Virus record (IMG/VR): IMGVR_UViG_3300018080_008436 | Span: 124,001-188,000 of that record | Reading direction: 5' to 3' (one strand) | Length of the DNA: 64,000 nucleotides | Part shown: positions 27,179 through 36,699 of the stretch, one piece after another | Position numbering within the stretch: the first letter of the stretch is position 1 | Layout of the letters: the number at the start of each line of letters is the position of its first letter | Notes under the pieces: model-generated | Seen by the model: the letters and a program-made list of their open reading frames with translations, nothing else | The model's database searches: none | What the model was told of the DNA's origin: nothing | Position numbers and translations under genes: made by a program

Positions 27179-28366
27179 TCATACTAACTCCCTCTCTGCG
27201 ACTTCATTCAAATGAGTATACAGAGTGTTAAGTTTTTTGAAGTCTACTTCATCAGGGATGCTGGTCTTTTCCAGAAGAACCTCAAGTTCTGTCTGAAGCT
27301 TATCAACCATTTCCATGATCTCAGCATATTCAAGTTCACCTTTTTTGATATTCATTAACAGGTCTTTGGTTTCACCTTCAAAGCGAACAATTGGGTATCC
27401 TTCTGTTAAGATGTGTTTGGATGAAAGCATTAATCTCATACAATGAGACATGTTCTTAGCATCGTAATCAAGCTTTCCGCTCTCTTGATCAAGCCAACGC
27501 TTCTCATTACGATTCTTCATCCATTTCCAGTATTCTTTCCAATCTTCAAAAGCTCTCTTGTATGCCTGCTCGTTATAGATGAGGAAACCTTTGAACTTAT
27601 CCCACTCATCATCAATCGGAATTGATTCGCAGATCAACATCTCAGTGTTGCCTTTGAACATGCCATTCTCAACATTCAATTGGTTTTTACCTCTGAATAC
27701 ACCTCTGGCATCATCATAGGCATAAAGCCGATACATATTCTCTGCATGTTCAAGCTTGGCACAATGAAATTTTGAAAGGTCCAAGTCAATATCACTAACC
27801 CTTTGGGGTCTGCAAGGCATACCTTCAGGTTCAATGTAATAACCTTCATTTTCAGCGGCAATCCGATAACCAACTGGCACTACATCAATGTACCAACAGA
27901 AGTCCTCCTTCTTGGGCGCTTCTTTGGGCTTTGGATTATTGACCCACTTATTCTGGCCCTTCGCTTTACCGATCTGAGCTTTGGCATAACGAAAGTGAGA
28001 ATTGTATGAAGCTTTTGAAATGAACAGATGCCTATTGGCCATCATATCATCCATAATTGCTTTATTGTAGGTTCGAACGCAGTCATCAGGAATCCACAGC
28101 AATTCAATCTGATTTGGGTTCGCTGTCATTAAAAGATCGAACGTTCTTTTCAAATTGTAGAAAGTGATGTCATGTTTGGCATCATTAGCTTGAGGTGCAA
28201 CTCCTGTCAAGCCATTTCTGTATTGCAAAGGAACATGATAATAACCACGTAAATCCTCATCGCTGTCTGGAGTATTTAATCCATATGCAACTGATCCTGC
28301 AACCACTTCATAAAAAATTAGACCCTGTTCTCGAAGGTCTTCTAGTGATGGTGCGAAATCTTTCAT
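27179..28366 (-). CDS. Pol-beta superfamily nucleotidyltransferase (RlaP / T4 NrdC.11-like)
   Basis: GSVAYGLNTPDSDEDLRG, NPNQIELLW, YDAKNMSHCMRL. Confidence 0.8.
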   Translation of the reverse strand: MKDFAPSLEDLREQGLIFYEVVAGSVAYGLNTPDSDEDLRGYYHVPLQYRNGLTGVAPQANDAKHDITFYNLKRTFDLLMTANPNQIELLWIPDDCVRTYNKAIMDDMMANRHLFISKASYNSHFRYAKAQIGKAKGQNKWVNNPKPKEAPKKEDFCWYIDVVPVGYRIAAENEGYYIEPEGMPCRPQRVSDIDLDLSKFHCAKLEHAENMYRLYAYDDARGVFRGKNQLNVENGMFKGNTEMLICESIPIDDEWDKFKGFLIYNEQAYKRAFEDWKEYWKWMKNRNEKRWLDQESGKLDYDAKNMSHCMRLMLSSKHILTEGYPIVRFEGETKDLLMNIKKGELEYAEIMEMVDKLQTELEVLLEKTSIPDEVDFKKLNTLYTHLNEVAERELV

Positions 28367-29091
28367 TACATGTACTCCTGGGCGATCTGTAGAAATCGCT
28401 CAACTTTTTGAATATCAAACACTCTATCGTTATCAGAGCGGACGTGGGTTTCTGCATCAATCCAGATAGTTCTGTCTCCAACGACATCCTCAATCTTCTT
28501 GAGTTGATCTTTCAGATTGTCTGGAGAAAGACCTCCAGCGTATCCACAATAACATTCTCTTGGTTCGGGCCAAAAATCTGGTAACCGACCAATTCCACCA
28601 GAAGTATCAAACAGAGGAACTGCATCAACTCCCTGGTCTCTCGCTACATCCAGTATTTCATTATTGACATCATCAAACTGGAATATGAATTGCATGTGGC
28701 CAAACGGCCCATTGCCAACTCCCTTCAAACATTCGATAAATCTTTCTGGTTTGATTTTGTGAGTTTGGGAATGGAAGTTCAATTGGAACCTGCTGAAGTA
28801 TCCATCAAAAGTGAAGATGCCTTTCCGAAACTTTTGCCAATTACCCTTGCAGATTTCACGAACCCAACGTCCACAAATATGCCCAGATAGGATAGGTTTG
28901 TGTTTTCGATGTTCGTACCCTTGGACCAGAGTGTTTATCCAATCATGAGTTGGGAATCTGTAACTTCCAACAGACCTTTCGCTCAGAAGGATTCCCCATT
29001 CAACAAAAGGGTATTCTTCGGTCAAACGATAAATATCTTGTCGGTCAGTGCTATCATCAGCACCAGTCATGGTGACTCGATCTATCTTCAT
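28366..29091 (-). CDS. Putative TIM-barrel protein (TrpF-like phosphate-binding motif)
   Basis: VTMTGAD, LFDTSGG.G, GYAGGLSPDN, WIDAET. Confidence 0.6.
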   Translation of the reverse strand: MKIDRVTMTGADDSTDRQDIYRLTEEYPFVEWGILLSERSVGSYRFPTHDWINTLVQGYEHRKHKPILSGHICGRWVREICKGNWQKFRKGIFTFDGYFSRFQLNFHSQTHKIKPERFIECLKGVGNGPFGHMQFIFQFDDVNNEILDVARDQGVDAVPLFDTSGGIGRLPDFWPEPRECYCGYAGGLSPDNLKDQLKKIEDVVGDRTIWIDAETHVRSDNDRVFDIQKVERFLQIAQEYM

Positions 29092-29122
29092 TGCTTTTCT
29101 CCGATAAAATGTCTTTTTATAC

Positions 29123-29470
29123 CTATCGGTACTTAATCATTGCGAAATGCAGTTTCTCTACAAACATCTGTAACCTAGCCTTGGGCGCAGTAAATGTCAA
29201 GCCCCCTTCGACTTTTTTCATTTTTACGCCCAGGTTATTGGCTACTTGACTGATCGTCCCGAAAGTTATCCCGCCGTATCTTTGAACTAATCGAAAATCA
29301 ACTAACTCTCTATTTGGACCGATGTCTGGAACAAAAATTGACATCTCTTCTGGTTTATTTGGTTTTTCAATCTTCATATCGAACTCACATAAAGTTGGTT
29401 TACATTTGTTCGATTTTTTCTGAAGAAAGTACTGCTTTCCCTTGAGTAACGTTTTCGGTTTCCTGGTCAA
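29123..29470 (-). CDS. Hypothetical protein
   Basis: ORF track. Confidence 0.55.
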   Translation of the reverse strand: MTRKPKTLLKGKQYFLQKKSNKCKPTLCEFDMKIEKPNKPEEMSIFVPDIGPNRELVDFRLVQRYGGITFGTISQVANNLGVKMKKVEGGLTFTAPKARLQMFVEKLHFAMIKYR

Positions 29471-29648
29471 TCACTACTTCGAAATCATCAAAAGTGTAGT
29501 AAAGAGTTTCTCCATCAAACTCCATATCATCACGACTATTAGCCAGTTCCTGCAAATCACTCTTGCTTCTTTCGGCCTTCTCTGGATTCAGAGCACTAAT
29601 GTGTAGGATTTCGATTCTACGTTTCATTTTAGACCATATGCGGACCAT
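29400..29648 (-). CDS. Hypothetical protein
   Basis: ORF track. Confidence 0.45.
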   Translation of the reverse strand: MVRIWSKMKRRIEILHISALNPEKAERSKSDLQELANSRDDMEFDGETLYYTFDDFEVVIDQETENVTQGKAVLSSEKIEQM

Positions 29649-30204
29649 CGAAGAAAAGCCAACGCTTCAGATCAGCCTTAGTGAATTTATAATTCGGATC
29701 TGAATCAATAGCGATCAGATACTTTTCTAACTGGCCCCAACTTTCGAAGATATGTTCTGGTGGGAATCTCCCATACATCCAACTGGATATTTTATTTTTA
29801 GGAGAAGATGATACAAGTAAAACTGGTTTACATTGATTGTTTGCTTTGAAAATTTCTTCATATGTTCCGCACATATGAACACTGTTGTCATAGTTAACAA
29901 CCAGAAAAGAACTCAAGTCAACGCATCTTAAGTCCCAGTGATTGAGGTCCTTCATCTCTGCTCTGAGTTCTTCAAACTTACCCTCTTCTTCCAACTGCTT
30001 CATTCTCGGCCTTTTGACATCATCAATATCTTCTGTTCCCCAAAAGATATGTTTCAATGGATCAAAAACCTGAACGTTCCTTTCTTCAAAAAATGGCGTA
30101 ATCTTATTTCTCCAACCACTCCCATTGTCTTCTACAAAATCAATGGGGCCACTCAAATAAACGCCCAATCCCTTCAATCTATTCATCGTTATCTCCTTAA
30201 TCAT
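29629..30204 (-). CDS. Nucleoside 2-deoxyribosyltransferase-like / nucleotide N-glycosidase
   Basis: VYLSGPI, VFDP, D...V..S, GTYEE, KPV. Confidence 0.75.
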   Translation of the reverse strand: MIKEITMNRLKGLGVYLSGPIDFVEDNGSGWRNKITPFFEERNVQVFDPLKHIFWGTEDIDDVKRPRMKQLEEEGKFEELRAEMKDLNHWDLRCVDLSSFLVVNYDNSVHMCGTYEEIFKANNQCKPVLLVSSSPKNKISSWMYGRFPPEHIFESWGQLEKYLIAIDSDPNYKFTKADLKRWLFFDGPHMV

Positions 30205-30257
30205 GTACTACTAATCTAGGGTATATTCTAGAAATGTCAAGCTCTATAGTCAAAAAT

Positions 30258-31340
30258 CTAGAACTTGCTCTCTTTTTTACCGCCCCCAGAGATTTTTACC
30301 AGTTCAGATCGACTTCTGAATTCCTGAAGATTACTGGCACCAGAATAAGAAAATGATGACTGTACATTTTCTCTAGCTTCCCTCAAAATATACTTGACAT
30401 GCCCCCTAAATGGAATCAGTCGAATTCCCCCCTCAACAAATTCCTGTTCTTTTCCTCCCTTGATCTTGCTTTCTGCACTAGCTGATCCAGCCATCGTTTT
30501 GTAAAACTGACCTGTATCCATCGCTTTATAAACATGCCCAGGAGTTTCACTAGTTCCTGCCAAAAAGCCGCCAACCATAACAGCGTCAGCATATTTCAAA
30601 GCTTTGGCAATATCTCCAGTTTTTTTGATACCACCATCAGCTATAATAGTGGCTTTCTTTAAATCTATGTCCCCAGGATATGTATCTAGAGCTTCTCTTA
30701 TCTCTTTAAGAATCCACAATTGAGGGATTCCGACTCCAGTATTTTCCCTTGTCTGACAGCAAGATCCAGGGCCGATCCCAACCTTAACAACATTTGCCCC
30801 CCACTTAAAAAGATCAATGGCCCCTTCTGAAGAGGCAACATTACCCGCAATAATAGTAATATCATCCCTATTACCACCATTATAATAGATAAATTCAAGA
30901 ATTTGTTTTACTTTCAAATGGTGTCCATGAGCAACATCAACGCAGAATGTCTTTGCCCCAGCGTCCCAAAGCGCTCTAAAACGTCTCTGAGCCTGCTCTC
31001 CAACTCCTATAGAGACTCCAACGTATTCTGCGGCCTTAGCATTAGTATAGTCTTTAATTCCAGACTTAACCAGATACTCCATCAACTCCTGATGAGTTTT
31101 CTGGAACATTTTGACGTTTTCTTCAATGGTCATGAAACGATGCATTATTCCGAGACCACCATGAGCAAACATTTCTTTCACCATCTTTTCTTCAGTTATG
31201 TCTGACATATTCGCAGAAATGATGGGTAACTTCAAATCCAGGTTGCCAATTCTTGTACTAAGATCAACTTTGGATCTTGACGAAACTTCCGAGTACTTGG
31301 GTTTGAACATTACATCATCAAAAGTGAATGCTGTATCCAT
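30258..31340 (-). CDS. guaB: IMP dehydrogenase / GMP reductase (no CBS domains)
   Basis: FDDV, PIISANM, VDVAHGH, GNVAS, KVGIGPGSCCQTR, IIADGGI, VEG. GuaB versus GuaC cannot be resolved by eye. Confidence 0.8.
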   Translation of the reverse strand: MDTAFTFDDVMFKPKYSEVSSRSKVDLSTRIGNLDLKLPIISANMSDITEEKMVKEMFAHGGLGIMHRFMTIEENVKMFQKTHQELMEYLVKSGIKDYTNAKAAEYVGVSIGVGEQAQRRFRALWDAGAKTFCVDVAHGHHLKVKQILEFIYYNGGNRDDITIIAGNVASSEGAIDLFKWGANVVKVGIGPGSCCQTRENTGVGIPQLWILKEIREALDTYPGDIDLKKATIIADGGIKKTGDIAKALKYADAVMVGGFLAGTSETPGHVYKAMDTGQFYKTMAGSASAESKIKGGKEQEFVEGGIRLIPFRGHVKYILREARENVQSSFSYSGASNLQEFRSRSELVKISGGGKKESKF

Positions 31341-31350
31341 TTCTTATCTC

Positions 31351-32244
31351 CTAAAGGTCTGTTATTTCAAATGGGTCCATCTCTTCGAGTTCGAAGACAT
31401 TACTTGTACTAGAATCGATTTGAAGAAACTGTCGATCTTCTTCGATATAGTTCCCCACCTCTTCAAAAGGTTCCATGTGCTTATCAATTACACTTCTTTC
31501 TTTTTTATTGTTTATAGTATAAAAGAAGCCTCTTTTACTTCTAATGTTCTTTTGGTTCTGCTCAAGGAACCATTTCTTAGGACAGCCAAAACCGTTGTTT
31601 ATGATATCTCTAATCACTTCCATTGGAAGAAATGAGATCTGGGGGTCGAAATAAACGTCAGTGGACGCATATCCCCCACTACCCCTACCTAAATTGATAT
31701 TGATCCCTTTGACCCCAGAAAGAACAGCGAAGTCAGTTTTCGATTCCTTACAATAATCAACTAAATATTTGACAGAATGGTGTGGAAAAACAAAATAGTA
31801 CAAGCAATTCTTTGGTAGGTCCATGTTGCTTTCTAACAAAACAACAGTGGTCAGAAGACACTTCTTCCATCTACTACGATCTCCAGCTACTTCTAGTTCT
31901 GCTCGATGAGCGTCATTGAAGCGTTGAGCACGTTGATTGTATCGATCATAAGGATTGAACCGAACTTCTGGCACTTTAAGGGTTCCATTTAGAATTTTCC
32001 TCAGATCTTCTGAAGACATCCTTTGAGCCATTGAATTTTCGTTACAAATGAAACAACGCTTTGCTTTGTAAACTGGACCCACTATTCTGACTTTCGCAGA
32101 CTTTCTTTTAGGAATGTGTAGAACTTTGTAGCTGTCACAAACGTCTTCCCAGTCGTTTTCGTCCTGGTTTGGGGCAAAGACCTGCCGTAAATCATCAATT
32201 TTCATTGTTGGAATCCTGAAGAGATTATCCTTTAAGTCCCTCAA
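31351..32244 (-). CDS. Hypothetical protein, possible divergent paralog of the SSB at 57649
   Basis: NDWED..HIPKRKSAKVRIVG resembles NWDED..KFPEKGEYRVRLCG; acidic C-terminus. Confidence 0.5.
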   Translation of the reverse strand: MRDLKDNLFRIPTMKIDDLRQVFAPNQDENDWEDVCDSYKVLHIPKRKSAKVRIVGPVYKAKRCFICNENSMAQRMSSEDLRKILNGTLKVPEVRFNPYDRYNQRAQRFNDAHRAELEVAGDRSRWKKCLLTTVVLLESNMDLPKNCLYYFVFPHHSVKYLVDYCKESKTDFAVLSGVKGININLGRGSGGYASTDVYFDPQISFLPMEVIRDIINNGFGCPKKWFLEQNQKNIRSKRGFFYTINNKKERSVIDKHMEPFEEVGNYIEEDRQFLQIDSSTSNVFELEEMDPFEITDL

Positions 32245-32986
32245 GTATCTTTTGGATAATTTCTCTTTCTCTGTCGTTTTCTGCTTCTATGATGGCGGTG
32301 TTAAATACGTCGATAAATTTCTTTCTTGCAATAGAAATAATATCTCCACTGTCCCTCATCTCCCCAAGAACAGTTGCCCTTAACTTCATGAAGTCTCCAT
32401 ACGTCTTCATCAATCGATTAATCTCAGCATTTTTAACCTTTTCGATTTCTGCCACAGTATGGTCATGATCTGGAGCAATGGTATTCATCTCCATGATTCT
32501 GTCAGTGATAATTGCAAGACATAGTTGAATTTGATCAAGAGTTGTTGCAGAACCATTTCCGTAGAGTCTTCTAACCCTGTCAACGAACTCTACCTTTCTA
32601 ATCTCTCGATCTCCACTATCCTTATGGTTTTTCATGTGGTGCCTAACGACCTCGGCACTTACTTTCAAACCAGTCCTCTCTTTGAGAAAATCCTGAATTG
32701 GTTTCGTAATCCTATTGCCAGGAGTTTTGTCCCACATGTCCTCTACATCTGTACGAAGCGGACTATTGCAAATGGGACAGGTAGGTTCATGCATTCTCTT
32801 GTCGTTGCTTAGATTGATTGCCTGAGACAGCATTGATTCTACATGATCGAACCCTTTTTGATATGGTGTTAATTCAGAAGTTTCTTCAGTGAATTTTATT
32901 TCTTCCATTGAGTCTTCTGGCTTGTTTCCTTCATTCTCTTCGCTCATAAAAATACCTAGTAGATCTATCCTTAAAATATTATACAA
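32225..32986 (-). CDS. Hypothetical protein with CxxC/His motif
   Basis: TCPICNS..RHHMKNH. Confidence 0.6.
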   Translation of the reverse strand: MYNILRIDLLGIFMSEENEGNKPEDSMEEIKFTEETSELTPYQKGFDHVESMLSQAINLSNDKRMHEPTCPICNSPLRTDVEDMWDKTPGNRITKPIQDFLKERTGLKVSAEVVRHHMKNHKDSGDREIRKVEFVDRVRRLYGNGSATTLDQIQLCLAIITDRIMEMNTIAPDHDHTVAEIEKVKNAEINRLMKTYGDFMKLRATVLGEMRDSGDIISIARKKFIDVFNTAIIEAENDREREIIQKILEGLKG

Positions 32987-33018
32987 CCATATATTGGGAA
33001 AACAAGGTAGAAAGGTAA

Positions 33019-33282
33019 TTAATTCATACCTGTTTTGAGGATGTCGCCAGCAATGTCTTTGACTATAAAGGAAAGGGTGTTAGGACGGCCATCTATAAGC
33101 ATAGAATGGAAGTTATCGATCTTTTCAAAAGGGATGGGGTAATTCTTGGCTTGAGCATAGATAGTAAAAGCGTTCATTACTTCTCTAGCATCTTGACGAT
33201 TGTTGGAAAGCACTATAAGTTCATCGATATTGTTTAACAAAACCAATAGTGATTTCGCTGTTGGAGACAATTCTTTGGCCAT
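33019..33282 (-). CDS. Hypothetical protein
   Basis: ORF track. Confidence 0.6.
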   Translation of the reverse strand: MAKELSPTAKSLLVLLNNIDELIVLSNNRQDAREVMNAFTIYAQAKNYPIPFEKIDNFHSMLIDGRPNTLSFIVKDIAGDILKTGMN

Positions 33283-33292
33283 TATCTACCTA

Positions 33293-33712
33293 CTATACTC
33301 TTTCGACAGATAAGATGCTTTGGATCTCGTACTCGTTGTCGTCACCTATCAAGGTGCAAGCTTTTTGAAAAGCTTCTGAATTAGATGATGCGAAAACAGT
33401 TTTGTTAATATCGTGAGAAGTGAATACATTGCCATATACGTCTTCAAAAACAAACGAGAACTCAATGTCCTCGTCTTCCGTACTCACACCCATTTCTTTA
33501 GCCATGGTTATATAGGATTGGGCCGCTTCCCTATCCACGCCATCGACAATTAATAACTCAATCGCTTCTGAATCAGAAAGTCCTGAAGTTACATATTCAC
33601 GAGCGGAACTGGCATACTTATTATATTCGTCCTGAACCTTCTCAGCCTCTTTTTTTAGGTGAGTGTAGAGCGCATCTACAAATAAAGTTCTTTGATCTAC
33701 ATATTCTTTCAT
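33293..33712 (-). CDS. Hypothetical protein
   Basis: ORF track. Confidence 0.6.
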   Translation of the reverse strand: MKEYVDQRTLFVDALYTHLKKEAEKVQDEYNKYASSAREYVTSGLSDSEAIELLIVDGVDREAAQSYITMAKEMGVSTEDEDIEFSFVFEDVYGNVFTSHDINKTVFASSNSEAFQKACTLIGDDNEYEIQSILSVERV

Positions 33713-33732
33713 ATATCCAAATCTTCTGCTGT

Positions 33733-34662
33733 CTATTCGTCGCTAATGGGGAAATCTCCAATCTCCTCATCGTCATCGAAATCATTATTCGATGTCGGCG
33801 TAAAAACTTCCTCTTTCTCTTCAGAAATTTTTTCACTCGCGACGATTTCTCTTTCAACAGTAGAGTTATTCGGATTTTCTTGCGCTTTTTCCTCCAAATT
33901 CAAATCTTTTTCTTCAAGTGTCCATTTTACTTCATACTTGTCACTTTTATCGATCCACTTTCCGCACTCAAAAGATTTGACTGACAGCTTGCCTGAACCA
34001 GGAGTATAAATATAGTCTATAGCCTCACTTCCTTCCCATGAACTAGCAGTAACAACACCAAATGCTTTGTATTCAATGTTCCTATATTTCCCTGAAAAAA
34101 CAATTTGAATTTCACTCCCATCATCAGAAATTTGATGACCTTCAATTGAACCAATTTTATAACAGCTCATAGTGGTTTCAACAACTTTGTTGGCATTCTT
34201 TACCATATTAGGAGCTTGAAGACCTGATAAGTGTCTTAGTGGCTCAAACTTCGCAGTTGTTTCCCCAAGATAATTAAGACATGCCCCTGTGGTATCAATT
34301 AAGTCTACCAAATTCCCTTCTACCCCAGAATTCAATCCACTTCTTTCAAATACGTCAATAAGTCCCCCATGAACCCTTTTCAAAGTCGAAATGAGCTTAA
34401 CATCTCTCTGAGGTTCTGCGGCATGCTTATGAACAGTTGTCCCAGTACCACTAAAACTACCGATAGGAGCATAATCAAGTTCATCACCAGATGCAACAAT
34501 CTCTTGTTCTACTTGAGCAATTACTTGAGGATTGGGTCTACCAAGTTCTTTTAATAAACCCTGAGTCAAAAGATCGGCAGAATCATATTGCTCTGCATCT
34601 GGATTCCCTGCTCTTACCAATCGAGCCAATTTTTCCTGTTCTGTTAATTCATTCATAATCAA
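33733..34662 (-). CDS. Hypothetical protein with acidic tail
   Basis: ORF track. Confidence 0.65.
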   Translation of the reverse strand: MIMNELTEQEKLARLVRAGNPDAEQYDSADLLTQGLLKELGRPNPQVIAQVEQEIVASGDELDYAPIGSFSGTGTTVHKHAAEPQRDVKLISTLKRVHGGLIDVFERSGLNSGVEGNLVDLIDTTGACLNYLGETTAKFEPLRHLSGLQAPNMVKNANKVVETTMSCYKIGSIEGHQISDDGSEIQIVFSGKYRNIEYKAFGVVTASSWEGSEAIDYIYTPGSGKLSVKSFECGKWIDKSDKYEVKWTLEEKDLNLEEKAQENPNNSTVEREIVASEKISEEKEEVFTPTSNNDFDDDEEIGDFPISDE

Positions 34663-34985
34663 ACTCCGATATCTGTCTTTAGATCAACACATCCACAATT
34701 TGGACATCCTTCCTCAACTAAGAGAATAGAAGCGACCATCCCACAACCTTTACATTGAACAACTTCGTTGCCATAGTTTTTCTCATCTGACAGTGAAGCA
34801 TCCAGATTGAGTATCGCCTCTTTAGTCAAAGGTCTGCCTTTAGGGGTTCTTTCAAGCTCTATTTGTGTCTTGAGTATCTTTTTAGCTTGTTCTATGTTCA
34901 TATCTAAAACCTTTCCAATATTATACAAAAATAATAACTTAAGTATTGTCTTTCGTTTTGGAATCAGATTTGGCCTTTGTTTCAT
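34659..34985 (-). CDS. Zinc-ribbon protein (true start probably internal)
   Basis: CKGC..CPNC. Confidence 0.55.
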   Translation of the reverse strand: MKQRPNLIPKRKTILKLLFLYNIGKVLDMNIEQAKKILKTQIELERTPKGRPLTKEAILNLDASLSDEKNYGNEVVQCKGCGMVASILLVEEGCPNCGCVDLKTDIGV

Positions 34986-35340
34986 TTAGCTTGTCAAGAT
35001 ATCCCGTCATCTCTTCCTTTTCTAAGCTTCCATCGTTGTAATGGTCTAAAGTTAGATCACAAATGGCATCGTGAATCTTCTCGTTCAGTGCCCCTACTTG
35101 GTCAACAAATTTCTCAACAGGTATTTGACCTGCGAACCCTACAGTAAGTAATTCTACTAACTCTTCCATCAAATCATTCAAAGATGGATGGTCTCCAAAG
35201 ACACATAAAGCATCTGTTAGCGCTTTCTTGCCACCCTGTCTATATAGTCGAAATAATTCCTGAGGATTTAATTTCACATCATCTTCGTTCATTAATATAC
35301 ACCCGTTTTGTATAATATTCTCAGTGCATCCATTATACAT
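34939..35340 (-). CDS. Hypothetical protein (true start probably internal)
   Basis: ORF track. Confidence 0.55.
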   Translation of the reverse strand: MYNGCTENIIQNGCILMNEDDVKLNPQELFRLYRQGGKKALTDALCVFGDHPSLNDLMEELVELLTVGFAGQIPVEKFVDQVGALNEKIHDAICDLTLDHYNDGSLEKEEMTGYLDKLNETKAKSDSKTKDNT

Positions 35341-35922
35341 CTAGTGAATAGACAAATGCTAAAAAGAATCAAATATAAAAAGATATCTAACAAAAGCGGA
35401 AGAAACTTTTGTGATTCCTTATGGTCCTTAACAGTCCGAACAAGGGATAACTTCTCTTGCGCAATTTGTGGAGACACAAATCTTCCGAACGCACACCATC
35501 TAATAACTAGAAAAGTTTTTCAGTATCGGTGGGATATCGACAACGGAATTACTCTGTGTCCTAGCCATCATGAATTCGACGTTAGACTCTCTGCTCATAC
35601 GGCTCCTTGGGGGCTAGAGGAATGGTTAAAAGAAAATCGACCTGATCAATATGCCAGTCATGTGAAACAGAGAAATAATATCGAGAATGTTAAAACAGAT
35701 TACCAGGAAACATATTACAGACTTGAGCAAGAGTATAAAGAGTTAACTGGGGAGTATCATATGATCTCAAGATTAAATCAATACATCATGTTTAAGAATG
35801 CCGCTGACATTAATGCATTGCACGTTCATCAAGGGAAAAGTTGTAACGAGATTGCTGATATATATGGTGTTAGCAAGAATATGTTGAAAAAATTTATGAA
35901 GGACAACAGAATCTCTTCATAA
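35308..35922 (+). CDS. HNH endonuclease (NinG-like) with C-terminal HTH
   Basis: VRTRDNFSCAICG..AHHL..NGITLCPSHH; KSCNEIADIYGVS. Confidence 0.8.
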   Translation: MYNILSASIIHLVNRQMLKRIKYKKISNKSGRNFCDSLWSLTVRTRDNFSCAICGDTNLPNAHHLITRKVFQYRWDIDNGITLCPSHHEFDVRLSAHTAPWGLEEWLKENRPDQYASHVKQRNNIENVKTDYQETYYRLEQEYKELTGEYHMISRLNQYIMFKNAADINALHVHQGKSCNEIADIYGVSKNMLKKFMKDNRISS

Positions 35923-36035
35923 ACTACTCTGCACCTCTGTGGACCATTAAGGCCGCAAATAAAAACCACCCCCAGCCATCCAGGCCCTTGACCACAAGAA
36001 TCGCTGAAATCGTTAAACAAAGCAAACAAGGTATA

Positions 36036-36248
36036 TTACGTTTCGTCCAATCCTTCTGCATCATCAACCCTCGTTAATTTAAACTTCACAACTTCCATTT
36101 CTATATCCTCATTCCAAGGATGATCCATAAACAATTCTGCAACATGCCTTGTGCCCCAATGAGAAGTGTTTGTCTTTATTGTTGACCACCACTTCTTATT
36201 AGTCTTGTCCCAAAGCTTATAGACATATTCTTCTTGATCCTCAGTCAC
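36036..36248 (-). CDS. Small hypothetical protein (paralog of 36245..36430)
   Basis: YVYKLWDK..KWW..EVVKFKL. Confidence 0.6.
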   Translation of the reverse strand: MTEDQEEYVYKLWDKTNKKWWSTIKTNTSHWGTRHVAELFMDHPWNEDIEMEVVKFKLTRVDDAEGLDET

Positions 36249-36430
36249 CCCTCAACCTCTAAGAGTTTATACTTGATGATCTCATAATCACCAGGATAAA
36301 TCCCAACAACTACCTTCTTGGCACTGGTCAAATTGAACCAGACAGACGTTTTCCCGCCACCATTAAACCATTTCTGGGTAGGTTTGTGCCAAATTCTGTA
36401 GATATACTGATCTCTGTCTCTTTCCATCAT
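36245..36430 (-). CDS. Small hypothetical protein (paralog of 36036..36248)
   Basis: YIYRIWHK..KWF..EIIKYKL. Confidence 0.6.
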   Translation of the reverse strand: MMERDRDQYIYRIWHKPTQKWFNGGGKTSVWFNLTSAKKVVVGIYPGDYEIIKYKLLEVEG

Positions 36431-36693
36431 GATACCTCTTTAATCATACCTCTTTCAAGCATTTCGTTGATATCGATCATCAATTCTTCTTTTGACGGAA
36501 CTGGAATGTTATCCTCTGGATGCCATTCTTCACAGTACTCTCTGTGAAACTCATGATATTCTTCCAGTGACATTGGAATTTCTGGATCGAATCCATGAAC
36601 TCCGACTCCATGTATGATGAAATCATCTTTGCCATCAAAATCGAACAAACAGTTCCCGTCTTCATCATGAGTTGTTCTTAAATACTTCATCAC
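36427..36693 (-). CDS. Hypothetical acidic protein
   Basis: ORF track. Confidence 0.55.
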   Translation of the reverse strand: MMKYLRTTHDEDGNCLFDFDGKDDFIIHGVGVHGFDPEIPMSLEEYHEFHREYCEEWHPEDNIPVPSKEELMIDINEMLERGMIKEVS

Positions 36694-36699
36694 AATCTC

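Noticed and set aside
35923-36035. GC-richer gap between convergent genes (ORF 35829-36029)
   Set aside because: No RBS, motif or clear structure to support a gene or RNA.
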